From NCBI GenBank assembly GCA_963662625.1, contig OY759726.1:1056001-1120000 (forward strand): 64,000 nucleotides of DNA, read 5' to 3'. Under the pieces are notes generated by a model. It made no database searches, was not told where the DNA came from, and saw nothing but the letters and a program-made list of their open reading frames with translations. Source of the stretch: Nitrosopumilus sp. (GTDB lineage: Archaea > Thermoproteota > Nitrososphaeria > Nitrososphaerales > Nitrosopumilaceae). A program made the position numbers and the translations under genes. This document shows, in pieces, positions 27,956 through 38,000 of this stretch. Each line of letters begins with the position of its first letter. Positions within the stretch are counted from its first letter, which is position 1.

Positions 27956-29023
27956 TTAACTGTCGCGATTCAGCCTGCGGACGATCTTCCCCGCGGCGCT
28001 CCCGTTCCCGAACGGGCTCTTCCAGCCACGGTCCCTTTTTGCCATGGCCTGAGCGCACCTGAGGACGCGGCCCGGCTCGGTGCCCGCCACCATGTTCGCG
28101 CCCGCGGCCACCGTCTCGGGCCTCTCCGTGTTGTCCCGCAGCGTCACGCACGGGACCCCCAGTATGCACGCCTCCTCCTGGATCCCCCCCGAGTCTGTCA
28201 TCACGAGCATCGCGTCCTTCTGCATCCCCAGGAACGAGAAATAGTCGGCCGGCCGCACCACCATGGTCTTGCCAAAGCTGATCCCGAACTTCCTTGCCAT
28301 CTTCCTAGAGCGGGGGTGCATCGGGTACACCACCGGCACCCGGAACCTCCGGGCGACCAGGTCCAGTGACTCCGCTATTCTCCCGAACCTGGCCGGGTCG
28401 TCGACGTTCTCCTGCCTGTGGACCGAGGCCAGGATATAGCCGCGCAGCCCCTCGACGCGGCCCGGTTTTTTCGCGTATCTTATGTTCTGGAGCACCGCGT
28501 CTGCTATCGTGTTTCCAGTTACCGATATCCTCTTCCGCGGTATCCCCTCGCCAAGCAAGATCTCCCTCGTCTCCGGGGTGGGGGCAAAGAGGTAGTCCGA
28601 GCAGTGGTCCGTCAGCCTCCTGTTTACCTCCTCGGGCATGCCCATGTCGTAGCTCCTGAGGCCCGCCTCCACGTGCCCCACGGGGACGCCGGCCTTGCTT
28701 GCGGCGATTGCAGCCCCGAGCACCGTGTTCGTGTCCCCTTGGACCAGGATCGCGTCCGGCCTGTCCCCCGCGAGGATCCTCTCGGTTCCGGCGATTACCA
28801 GCGCGGTCTGCCTCCCGGGCCGGCCCGATCCCACGTCCAGCCTGTACTTGGGCCTGGGTAGCCCCAGCTGTTCGAAGAAGACCCCGTCAAGGCCGTAGGA
28901 GTAGTGCTGCCCCGAGTGGATGACGTAGTGGTCGATGCCCTCCGCCTCGAGCTTCCTTATCACCGGCGACATCTTGATTATCTCGGGGCGCGTGCCCACC
29001 GCGACTGCGATCTTTTCGGCCAA
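27956..29023 (-). CDS. wecB: UDP-N-acetylglucosamine 2-epimerase (non-hydrolysing)
   Basis: GTRPEIIKM, GQHY, VQGDTNT, HVEAGLRS, PEEVNR, TDSGGIQEEA, TERPE. Confidence 0.95.
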   Translation of the reverse strand: MAEKIAVAVGTRPEIIKMSPVIRKLEAEGIDHYVIHSGQHYSYGLDGVFFEQLGLPRPKYRLDVGSGRPGRQTALVIAGTERILAGDRPDAILVQGDTNTVLGAAIAASKAGVPVGHVEAGLRSYDMGMPEEVNRRLTDHCSDYLFAPTPETREILLGEGIPRKRISVTGNTIADAVLQNIRYAKKPGRVEGLRGYILASVHRQENVDDPARFGRIAESLDLVARRFRVPVVYPMHPRSRKMARKFGISFGKTMVVRPADYFSFLGMQKDAMLVMTDSGGIQEEACILGVPCVTLRDNTERPETVAAGANMVAGTEPGRVLRCAQAMAKRDRGWKSPFGNGSAAGKIVRRLNRDS

Positions 29024-29151
29024 CCCTGATCCGTCCAAGCCGGAGCCTGCAATATACTTTGATGGCGCGCCGGTGCGTGGCGCCATGGCTCCCCGGATCC
29101 GCGCGGCCCACGATCGATACGCCTTTGATCCGGCAGGCCCAAGCTAGGCGC

Positions 29152-29325
29152 ATGGAAGATCCGAAGGAGGCGCTGCTGAACGCGGAACTTGCCGCGGCCG
29201 CAGTGGCGATGGAGGCGGTGAAAAACGTGGTGGCGGCCCTGAAAAGGGAGAACACCGCCCTTGACAAGAAACTCGCCGCCCTGAAAAGGAAGAATACCGC
29301 CCATAAAGGGAGGAAGTCGGGCTGA
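29152..29325 (+). CDS. Small coiled-coil ORF or gene fragment
   Basis: MEDPKEALL...ALKRENTALDKKLAALKRKNTA with an internal 14-aa duplication. Confidence 0.35.
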   Translation: MEDPKEALLNAELAAAAVAMEAVKNVVAALKRENTALDKKLAALKRKNTAHKGRKSG

Positions 29326-29609
29326 GGGCCAGGATGTCGCTCCCCCGCTGCAAGTCGCCGCCCGTCCCGCCGTTCTGGGAAATGGGCAAGTCGAACTGAG
29401 GGCCGGGATGGCGTCCTGCCAGGATGCCCCCGGCATGTGGCGTGCCGCCGCCTTGCAGCTAGGCCAGCGGGGGCGCCTGTGGATCGGGTGTGCCGCGCCA
29501 GCGCCTGGCGTGCCCCCAGGACGCGCTGCGGAACCCGCCCGCGCTTGGCCGTCCGTAGGGCGGGACCGGATCGCTTATGAATATATAACTGGATGGCGTA
29601 CCTACCGCG

Positions 29610-30128
29610 TTGAAAGCCCTGATCATGCTGGTCCTGTCGTGCGCCATGCTGGTTCCCGCAGCTCATGCGCAGGACCTCCCCCCAGTGGAGTACGGCGAGA
29701 AAAAGTACCAGAACATGGACTCCAGGCTGGTTGCCCTCTACGAGTCAGCCGCAAGAGGACAGCCCACGCCTAGCACCACCGTCCCGCTCAGCGCGGACGT
29801 CCAGACGGTCCAGGTGGTGCTGGAGATGGTCATGCCCGGGGCGCCCGTCCCGGAGGGGCTGGGGATAGCGGTGGAGACATCGTACGAGGAACTGGTGCAG
29901 GCGACGGTCCCGGTTAGGAACCTGGCTGCCATAGCGGCCGACGAGAACGTCAGGCTCGTCACGCTTCCCGCCAGGCCTGTTCCCGCAGCTGTGGAGCCGG
30001 CAGCGTTGCAGCCGGCGGCGGATGCCAGGGATCAGGGCAGCTGGCTATACCTGCTGGCGCTCCCGGCGGCGGCCCTGCCCGCAGGCGTCATCGCGCTTGC
30101 GTGGAAGCGAAGAGCGTCAACAAAATGA
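29610..30128 (+). CDS. Exported, C-terminally anchored protein resembling a subtilase prodomain
   Basis: Signal peptide, MDSRLVAL, VQATVPVRNLAAIAADENVRLVTLP, C-terminal TM plus basic tail; stop overlaps the next ATG (ATGA). Confidence 0.7.
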   Translation: MKALIMLVLSCAMLVPAAHAQDLPPVEYGEKKYQNMDSRLVALYESAARGQPTPSTTVPLSADVQTVQVVLEMVMPGAPVPEGLGIAVETSYEELVQATVPVRNLAAIAADENVRLVTLPARPVPAAVEPAALQPAADARDQGSWLYLLALPAAALPAGVIALAWKRRASTK

Positions 30129-32986
30129 ACTTGAATGCCTGCATCGCGGCGCTGCTCGTGGCAGGCTGTGCCGTGACAGGCGGGGCGCACCTTGCGCAGG
30201 AAGCGCGCGTCATGCAGGACGGCCACGCGGATCCGCAGATCCTGCCAGGCGTCCACGCGGCGCGGGATCCTGGGGAGGTGGTCAGCGAGGGCGCAAGGGT
30301 GATGGGCTCCGACCATGCCAACGCCGCGGGACACACCGGCAAGGGGGTCAGGGTGGCGGTGATCGACACCGGCTTTGACGTAGCAAACCCCGAGATCGCC
30401 GGGAACGTCGCCGAATACAAGTCCTTTTACTCCGGCAGCGACATCGCCGGCGACAACTACCTCCACGGCACGGCCGTGGCAGAGATCATAGCGGACGTCG
30501 CCCCGGACGCGGAGCTGTACCTCTACAACTTCGGCACCAACGTGGAGTTCTTCAACCTGGTAGACCACATAATCGCCCGCGGGGACATCGACGTCGTGTC
30601 GATGTCCCTGGGGTGGTACCCGTTCCTGCCGGCCGACGGCACGAGCAGGATGGCGCAAAAGGTGAGCGAGGCCAGGGACGGCGGGATCCTGTGGGTCAAT
30701 TCCGCGGGAAATTCCGCGGACAAGCACTGGCAGGGGAGGTTCTCAGACGCCGACGGCGACAGGTGGAACGACTTCCTGGGGACGGACGAGACGATCAACA
30801 TCAGAGTGCGCGGGGGCGACACGCTGACGGTAATCCTCAACTGGGACGACTGGGACTCGCCATCGCAGGACTATGATCTCTGCCTGTTCGGATACTGGGA
30901 ACCCGACGGCCTTCGGCTGATAGGGTGCACGGACAACCCACAACCCGGGTCTGATCCAGTGGAGGGCGTAGGGTACCGGGCAGATCGCGACATGATCGTG
31001 CACGTGGCAATCCACAAGCACTCCGCGTCCGGGGACGCGAACTTCCAGCTGTTCTCGAGCCACCCCTTGGACGAGCACGCGGTGGCGGACTCCAGCCTGG
31101 TGATCCCTGCAGACTCCCCGGGCTCCATGAGCGTGGGCGCGAGCCACTGGGGCACTGGCGACCTCGAGTGGTACAGCTCCCGGGGCCCCACGGTCGACGG
31201 GAGGGTAAAGCCGGACATCTCCGGGCCCACCCGCGTCAGCACCACGGCCTACGGGGCAGTGGGGTTCGCCGGCACGTCGGCGGCCGCCCCGCACGTCGCC
31301 GGCGCAGCAGCGCTGGCAATGGAAAAGTACCCCGGCGCCACGGCAGACCAGGTCCAAGTCCTGCTAGAGTCCATGGTGGAGTCGCGCCACTCCAAGTCGA
31401 ACCGGGACGGGACGGGCAGGGTGGACGTGTCAGTGCTTGCCACGTCGGACGTGCTGGCGCTGGACAACGCCCGCGTGGAATGTGCGTCCAGCGGCATGTG
31501 CTACTTCCCGGCCACGCTGACCGTCCCGCGAGGAGCCACTGTGACCTGGACAAACGTAGGCACCACCCCGATCGGCTTTCAAAGCTACCCGTCGAGCGGC
31601 AAGATATTTTCCAGCGGCATACTTTTGCCGGGGGACAGCTATTCCATGGCATTTGATGCGGACGGCACGTTTGACTACCACGGCCATCCGTACCCGTGGA
31701 CGACGGGGCGGATAATAGTGGGCACCGGCGAGTACCTGTGGCCCGCGATATCCTCGGCCGCCGTCACCGGCCCCAACCAGGTCACCGTGACGTTCTCAAA
31801 GCCCGTCACCGCCGCGTTGGACGACTTTGCCGACATCACCATATCCGGGGAAACCTCGGCCAGAAAGTTCACGGGAATCGCCGGATCCGGCACCGGCGCC
31901 ATCACGCTTGAGTTTGCAGGCCCGCCGGCACCGCCGGACGCCGCCGGGGCGATGTACGTGGGCGCGGGAATCTTGGACGGCGACGGGAACGCCGTCGCAG
32001 GGCCGCTCACCGTCCAGGTGGCCGACGGCCAGGCCCCCTCCCTCGCCGCAGTCTCCGTGACATCGTCAGGGGCCATCCCGGGATATGCCACGGCAGGCGA
32101 CGCCGTCACCCTGGAGTTCACGGCGTCCGAGGGGATAGCGGGCGTGTCGGTGGCCATCAACGGGAGCCCCTCCGAGCCGGAGAGCGCGGGCGGCAACTCG
32201 TGGAGCGCCACGAAGACCGTCGACGGCGCGGATCCCTCGGGCCCAGTGGAGTTTGCCATAGGATTTGCCGACGCCGCGGGCAACTCCGGGCCGCGCGCAA
32301 CCGCCACCACCGACGGCTCCTCCGTGTCGGTGTCAAGGGCCGACGCGTCCATACGCGGGACGGTGTTCTCCGATCCCAACGGCAATGGCGTCCGGGATGC
32401 CGGGGACGCGGGCATCCCGGGGCATGTGATGCTTGCCATGTACCTGTCGACGGGGAGCGCAGCCACCGTCGCGACGGACGCCGATGGGACATACGCGTTC
32501 GAGGACGTCCTGCCGACGCCGCACGTCACGGTGGTCCAGACGGGGCTCCACCCGCCCGGTCACGTCCTGTCCACCGCAAGCCCCTACGCGTACCTGTCGC
32601 CCCGCGCGGACGGGACGGAGACGTTTGACGTGGGCTTCCGCCCCGTGCTGCCCGGCGAGTTCGTGTCCCTGCACGTAACGGCGTACCGCGACGACAACTC
32701 AAACGGCGTGAGGGACGCCGGCGAGGGGCCGTTCCCCGGCCTGCGGGTAGACGTCCACACGTACAGCACGAACGAACTGGAGACGATGACGACCGGCGCC
32801 GACGGCGCCGCAAGCAAGGCCGACCTCGTCCCCGCCGACTGGCTCGCGCAGGCGGCACTGCCCGCCGGCTACGCGGCGACGTCGCCGGTAGACGGCGCGA
32901 CCGGCGTTCCGGGGGCGCTCCTCACAGAAGACCCCCGGCCGGGATCCGTGCACTACATGGAAATAGGCATGGCACCGGCGCCGTGA
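30125..32986 (+). CDS. Secreted S8 subtilase with cupredoxin-like, Ig-like and SdrD-B-like domains
   Basis: VAVIDTG, HGTAVA, SAGN, GTSAAAPHVAG; PATLTV..TVTWTN..YHGHPYPW; two DxNxNGVRDAGE/D repeats. Confidence 0.9.
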   Translation: MNLNACIAALLVAGCAVTGGAHLAQEARVMQDGHADPQILPGVHAARDPGEVVSEGARVMGSDHANAAGHTGKGVRVAVIDTGFDVANPEIAGNVAEYKSFYSGSDIAGDNYLHGTAVAEIIADVAPDAELYLYNFGTNVEFFNLVDHIIARGDIDVVSMSLGWYPFLPADGTSRMAQKVSEARDGGILWVNSAGNSADKHWQGRFSDADGDRWNDFLGTDETINIRVRGGDTLTVILNWDDWDSPSQDYDLCLFGYWEPDGLRLIGCTDNPQPGSDPVEGVGYRADRDMIVHVAIHKHSASGDANFQLFSSHPLDEHAVADSSLVIPADSPGSMSVGASHWGTGDLEWYSSRGPTVDGRVKPDISGPTRVSTTAYGAVGFAGTSAAAPHVAGAAALAMEKYPGATADQVQVLLESMVESRHSKSNRDGTGRVDVSVLATSDVLALDNARVECASSGMCYFPATLTVPRGATVTWTNVGTTPIGFQSYPSSGKIFSSGILLPGDSYSMAFDADGTFDYHGHPYPWTTGRIIVGTGEYLWPAISSAAVTGPNQVTVTFSKPVTAALDDFADITISGETSARKFTGIAGSGTGAITLEFAGPPAPPDAAGAMYVGAGILDGDGNAVAGPLTVQVADGQAPSLAAVSVTSSGAIPGYATAGDAVTLEFTASEGIAGVSVAINGSPSEPESAGGNSWSATKTVDGADPSGPVEFAIGFADAAGNSGPRATATTDGSSVSVSRADASIRGTVFSDPNGNGVRDAGDAGIPGHVMLAMYLSTGSAATVATDADGTYAFEDVLPTPHVTVVQTGLHPPGHVLSTASPYAYLSPRADGTETFDVGFRPVLPGEFVSLHVTAYRDDNSNGVRDAGEGPFPGLRVDVHTYSTNELETMTTGADGAASKADLVPADWLAQAALPAGYAATSPVDGATGVPGALLTEDPRPGSVHYMEIGMAPAP

Positions 32987-33066
32987 CCGGGCCTTGCCGG
33001 GACGCGGCGCCCCGCGGGATCCGTTGATCATACTCTTTACATACCCGTCGAATCCCAAAAACCACA

Positions 33067-33942
33067 TTGAACATCGCGTGCATACCTGCGCACAACGAGG
33101 AGGGGACCATAGGGGAGATCGTGGCGCTTGCCAGCAGGCACGTCGACCTGGTGGCGGTATGCGACGACGGCTCCGACGACGAGACCGCGCAGCTTGCAAA
33201 GGACGCCGGAGCCGTGGTGATATCCCACGAGAGGAACAGGGGCTACGGGGCGGCAATCGCGTCGCTCTTCGACTATGCCCGCACGCAAGACGCGGACACG
33301 CTCACCACGCTTGACGGGGACGGGCAGCACGACCCCGGGCAGATACCGGCGCTCCTCGACGCCCTGTCCCGGCACAAGGTCGACGTCGCGCTGGGCTCCA
33401 GGTTTGCAGACGACAGCACCGACGCGCCCGGGTACAGGAAGCGCGGGATCAAGATAATCACGTCCGTGTCGAACTACGGGACGGACTTCAAGGTGTCCGA
33501 CTCGCAGTCGGGCTTTCGCAGCTACGCCAAGACGGCGATCGCCGCGATCCACCCCACCGAGGAGGACATGGCGGCCTCGACTGAGATCCTGCTGAAGATC
33601 TCAAACAAGGGCCTGTCGCTCGCCGAGGTGCCCATATCTGTCTCGTACGGCGGCGACACGTCGGAACAGAACGCGGTGTCGCACGGCGCCTCGGTCGTGG
33701 CAAACACGCTCAAGTACGTGTCCATAAAGCACCCCCTCCAGTTCTACGGGATCCCGGCGGTGGCACTGCTGGTGATCGGGGCGGTCTTTGGGGGGATATT
33801 CCTGGACCAGTACCTGAACCACCAGGTCGTGTTCTACGGATCCCTGCTCGCGTCGGCCCTCACGTTCCTGGTGGGCGCGATCCTCCTGGTCACGTCGATC
33901 ATCCTGTTCTCAATGGCCAACCTGATCCGGGACAGACGCTAG
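33067..33942 (+). CDS. GT2 glycosyltransferase (polyprenol-phosphate glycosyltransferase-like)
   Basis: IPAHNEE, DDGSDD, NRGYG, LDGDGQHDP, DSQSGFR; two C-terminal TMs. Confidence 0.92.
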   Translation: MNIACIPAHNEEGTIGEIVALASRHVDLVAVCDDGSDDETAQLAKDAGAVVISHERNRGYGAAIASLFDYARTQDADTLTTLDGDGQHDPGQIPALLDALSRHKVDVALGSRFADDSTDAPGYRKRGIKIITSVSNYGTDFKVSDSQSGFRSYAKTAIAAIHPTEEDMAASTEILLKISNKGLSLAEVPISVSYGGDTSEQNAVSHGASVVANTLKYVSIKHPLQFYGIPAVALLVIGAVFGGIFLDQYLNHQVVFYGSLLASALTFLVGAILLVTSIILFSMANLIRDRR

Positions 33943-34818
33943 CCTTAGCCCCTCCTCGAGCCCGGTGGCCGGCTCAAAGCCCAGCCCGCGCCTTGCAAGC
34001 GAGACGTCCGCGGCGCTGTGCATCACGTCGTGAGGGTCACGCTCCGCGTGGACCCGCGCCACCTCCCTTCCAACCGCGCGTTCCATCATGCCTGCAAGCT
34101 CGTTGATCGACACGGACCTGCCGCTTGCGACGTTGTACGTTGCCGGCCCCGTGGCCCCCAGCGCCAGCACGAAGGCGGCCGCCACGTCTCCGGCAAATAC
34201 AAAGTCCCTGGTCTGCGTCCCGTCCCCGTTGATCGTGACCGGCATGCCCCCCGCTATGCTCCGCGCAAACCTCGAGACCACCCCGGCGCGGCAGCCACTC
34301 CCGTACGCGTTGAAGACCCTCAGGGAGATCCCGCACATCCCGAACCTCTCCGAGAACTCCCGCACGAGCCGCTCGGCCTCCAGCTTGCTCCTGCCGTACG
34401 GCGACGACGGGCGCGCCTCGGAGTCCTCGCGCGCTGGCAGCCCCCCGCACGCGCCGTACACAGCGGCAGACGACGCAAAGACCACCCTCCTGATCCCGTT
34501 CCGCGCGCAGCACTCGAGCACGTTGGCCGTGCCGTCGACGTTGATCCTGTGCGTCTCCTCCGGGTGCAGCGCCGACCGCGCGACGTCCGTCCTCGCCGCC
34601 AGGTGGACCATGGCGTCGAAGCCCACGCACGCCTCCTCCAGGGCCCCACGGTCCGCGATGTCCCCCCTGACAAAGTCGGCGCCGCCCCTGACCGGGCCCC
34701 CTGGCGCGCTGCCCGGGGCCGAGAGGTCGTCGTAGATCCTGACTGCGTTGCCCCCTAGTAGCAGCCCCGCGATGCTGCGGCCCAGGAACCCCGCGCCCCC
34801 GGTAACAAACACCTTCAA
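33910..34818 (-). CDS. NAD-dependent epimerase/dehydratase (GalE-like)
   Basis: TGGAGFLG, ASSAAVYG, YGRSK, GDGTQTRDFV. Confidence 0.92.
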   Translation of the reverse strand: MKVFVTGGAGFLGRSIAGLLLGGNAVRIYDDLSAPGSAPGGPVRGGADFVRGDIADRGALEEACVGFDAMVHLAARTDVARSALHPEETHRINVDGTANVLECCARNGIRRVVFASSAAVYGACGGLPAREDSEARPSSPYGRSKLEAERLVREFSERFGMCGISLRVFNAYGSGCRAGVVSRFARSIAGGMPVTINGDGTQTRDFVFAGDVAAAFVLALGATGPATYNVASGRSVSINELAGMMERAVGREVARVHAERDPHDVMHSAADVSLARRGLGFEPATGLEEGLRLASVPDQVGH

Positions 34819-35045
34819 CGACCCTCTGAGCGGCGCCCGGCGTTATCTTGGTTTCTATGGGGAATACCGGCTAGAATAATTGCAAGCAAACCCGGACAAT
34901 CGTGCATTATTTGGCGGCACGGGGGGCAAAACGTGCCCAATCTTGCAATTTTTATAACGCGCGATCTAAAAATTACCCAAACGGCTGCCCGGCCGTCAAA
35001 TATGTGGACATAATCGGGAAATTATGGACAAATTGTCCATTAGCC

Positions 35046-35053
35046 TTATATAG
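35046..35053 (+). promoter_or_regulatory. Probable TATA box of the S-layer gene
   Basis: TTATATAG about 30 nt before ATG 35081 within an AT-rich intergenic region. Confidence 0.6.
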
Positions 35054-35080
35054 AAATTTTATTGAAGACACTGCAATAAC

Positions 35081-38000
35081 ATGAACAACGAAATAGGACG
35101 AAAACTAACTAGTCTTACACTAATGGCAATCATGGTTGTCGGCGGGATGACTATCGCAGCTCCCGGCTTTGCCCCGGCCGCACAGGCCCAGCAAAGCAAC
35201 GCCAACCTGTTTGTCTCCGCGGAAAATCCGACATTCGAGAACTACATAGGCGGACCACAAGTCATCGAGGTGGTAGTCATTGACTCAAACATCAGTGACA
35301 CCGACGAGGCAAAGGGCGAACCGGACGTTACCGTCAACGGCCAGGATCTAAGAATGGTCCAGGCAGTCGACGGAAGCTGGTATGGCTACTTTGCCGAGAT
35401 CGAGATGGCAACCATGGCCGATGCTACAACCACTACGGCCGGCGCAGGCCTGGACTTTGGCACTATCTACAGTGATGTGTCACGGGCCAGTGGCGTGCTC
35501 GGCGTCTCCATCAGCGAGGCCGACGGCTTTGCCGCAGGCAGCAACATCAACGTCGTAAGGGAGGCCAAGGACATCAACGACAATGTGCCCAAACTGGGCC
35601 AGATTGGCGTCAACGATAACATGTGGCCCTTCATACAACTATATGACTTCACCCCGACGGGCAGCGTCGTAGTGCAGTACAACAAGGGCGGTGGTGCCCA
35701 AACGGCAACATTCACCTTTGACACTGTAGACGGCTATGCCGGCGCAACACTGGACAGGCAAACGTACCCCCAGGGTGCGCAGCTCCACACCACAATCACG
35801 GACACGTGGCTCAACATAGACCCGACTGACGAGGACTCTTGGACGTTTGACACGGCCCGCAGTCTGATTTACTACCAGGTCTACGATGAGAACGGCAACT
35901 CTGCTGGCGGTGCTACAGCTAGCACTGACCTGACAGATGACATCAGCGGCCTGATGTGCGACGACTGTCTGCTCATCATCGCCCCTGACGCGCAAGCGAC
36001 GGGAACTGACGTGGTTACATTCCAGGGCACCAAGAACGGTGCACTGGTTGCGAACATAATGCAGCAGGTCACGGTCACAGAAATGGGACCCAACAGCGGC
36101 ATGTTCGGCTCGTATGACGAGGACGATGTTTCCAGCATTAAAATCTCAGACGATGCAATGCGAAGGACATCTGCAACCCTTGACTACAACGATTCCCCAC
36201 AGACGGTTCTAGTAGGATTTGACTTTGCGACCATTGACATCATGCCGGTGGACGACACGTGGAACTCCGGCGAAGCGATACCCATCGTGATTGTTGACGG
36301 CGACGCCAACAAGAACAGCAGGGCAGACGAGGACTATGCCGTGAGCAATCCGGACACGCCTCTGATCCCGACGCTGGTAACCGGTGACCCGTTCACGCTA
36401 GGTGACGGCGCTGTCAACGTGGCTCTCAACACGTCTTCGGGCGGCACAATGACGACCACTACGGAGGTGCAGCAATTCAGCGACAGGGCATTGATCATGC
36501 CAAGCAGTAACACCACTGCCATGGTCAATTCCGTCGTGATTGACTTTGGTACCAACATGGAAAGCCTGAAAAGTACGCTCCTTGACACAACCCAAGACAG
36601 AACCTATGGATACAACTTCTACAACCAGGACGTTCAAAGCCTAGGCTTTGGCACAACTACGGTGTCGTTGCTGTACTCCAGCGGCTCCATCGATGGCAAC
36701 AGTTCGTCAATACCGCTAGGCAGTGCTGATGCGCAAAGCGGCCTGGTGCGTGTTACCGACGATGCCATTTCCCAAATAATGGCAGTTGACGGCAACATGA
36801 ACGTCGGACTGCAAATCGCCAGCTCAAACGGTGTCAACGTAAGCGCAGGCAGCACAATGCCCATCGTCACTGACTTCTTCTCCTACGGCTTCATGAACAA
36901 CGGTGAATTTGGAAGCGAGAGAATCGCAAACCAGATCATCAGGATCGAAGTCGAGGAGAGCGGCGACAACACGAGCACCTTCGAGGGATCGCTGGAATAC
37001 GTCATGGTCAACCAGCTGAACATACTTGACGAGAACACGTACACAGGCTTGGACACGATCTCAGACGCGGTGACGTTCATCGCGATTGAGGACATGACCG
37101 ACGAGGACTCCATCAGGGTCAACTACCTTGACCTTGGTGCCGACGGCGTATCGACCCAAATAGCCGATCAGCAGGAGGCACCAACCAGCTCGGGCATCGT
37201 GTCACTTGACAACGACAACTACAAGGTTGCCGACACGGTAACCATCACGCTGGAGGACGCTGACATGAACGTGGACTCTGATCTCGTGGAGATCTACACA
37301 ATTCCTCCACAGTCAGATACAGTCGGTCAAATACTTCCAGTTGTCCTCCACACCGGTAACCTAGGCAGGGTACTGGATGTAACGTTTGATGATGCTCCGT
37401 GGAAGACGCCTGCCGACAACATGTGCGGCGGTATGTCATTCACAGGCGATACAGGCCTTGGAGCAACCGGATTCACTCTGGTTGAGACAGGTTCCGCAAC
37501 AGGCGTCTTCATGGGTGACTTCCAGATCCCGGCAACTTGGTGCCAGAAGGACAACGACAACGACCCCGGCACCGTCATGACAACGACTGGACTTGACATT
37601 GAGGTCAACTATGTTGACTTTAGGGACGCGTCAGGCGAAATCATCGAAGTCGGTGATGGAGCAGGCGTAAGGGCCAACACTGGCTCAGTAAGCCTTGACA
37701 AGACGGTATATCCTGTACCGTTCGGCGTTCCAGGAGACTCTGTCAAAACCAAACCCAACAATAGCAATACACCAGACGGTAGGTCGGTATTCCCGATCCA
37801 CCAGACTGGAATGGACGATAATGTAGGTTTGCACGTCGTCACTGTTGGCGACCAAACAGCAGAGGAGTTCCTCAACAACGGTGATCTGACCGTTCACGTC
37901 AGGGTCAACGATGCAGACTTTGACATATCTGCATCCGGCGAAGACAAGATCGCGCAAAACGTTCCGTGTGGGAAAGACAATCAGGGCAACGACGTGTGTC

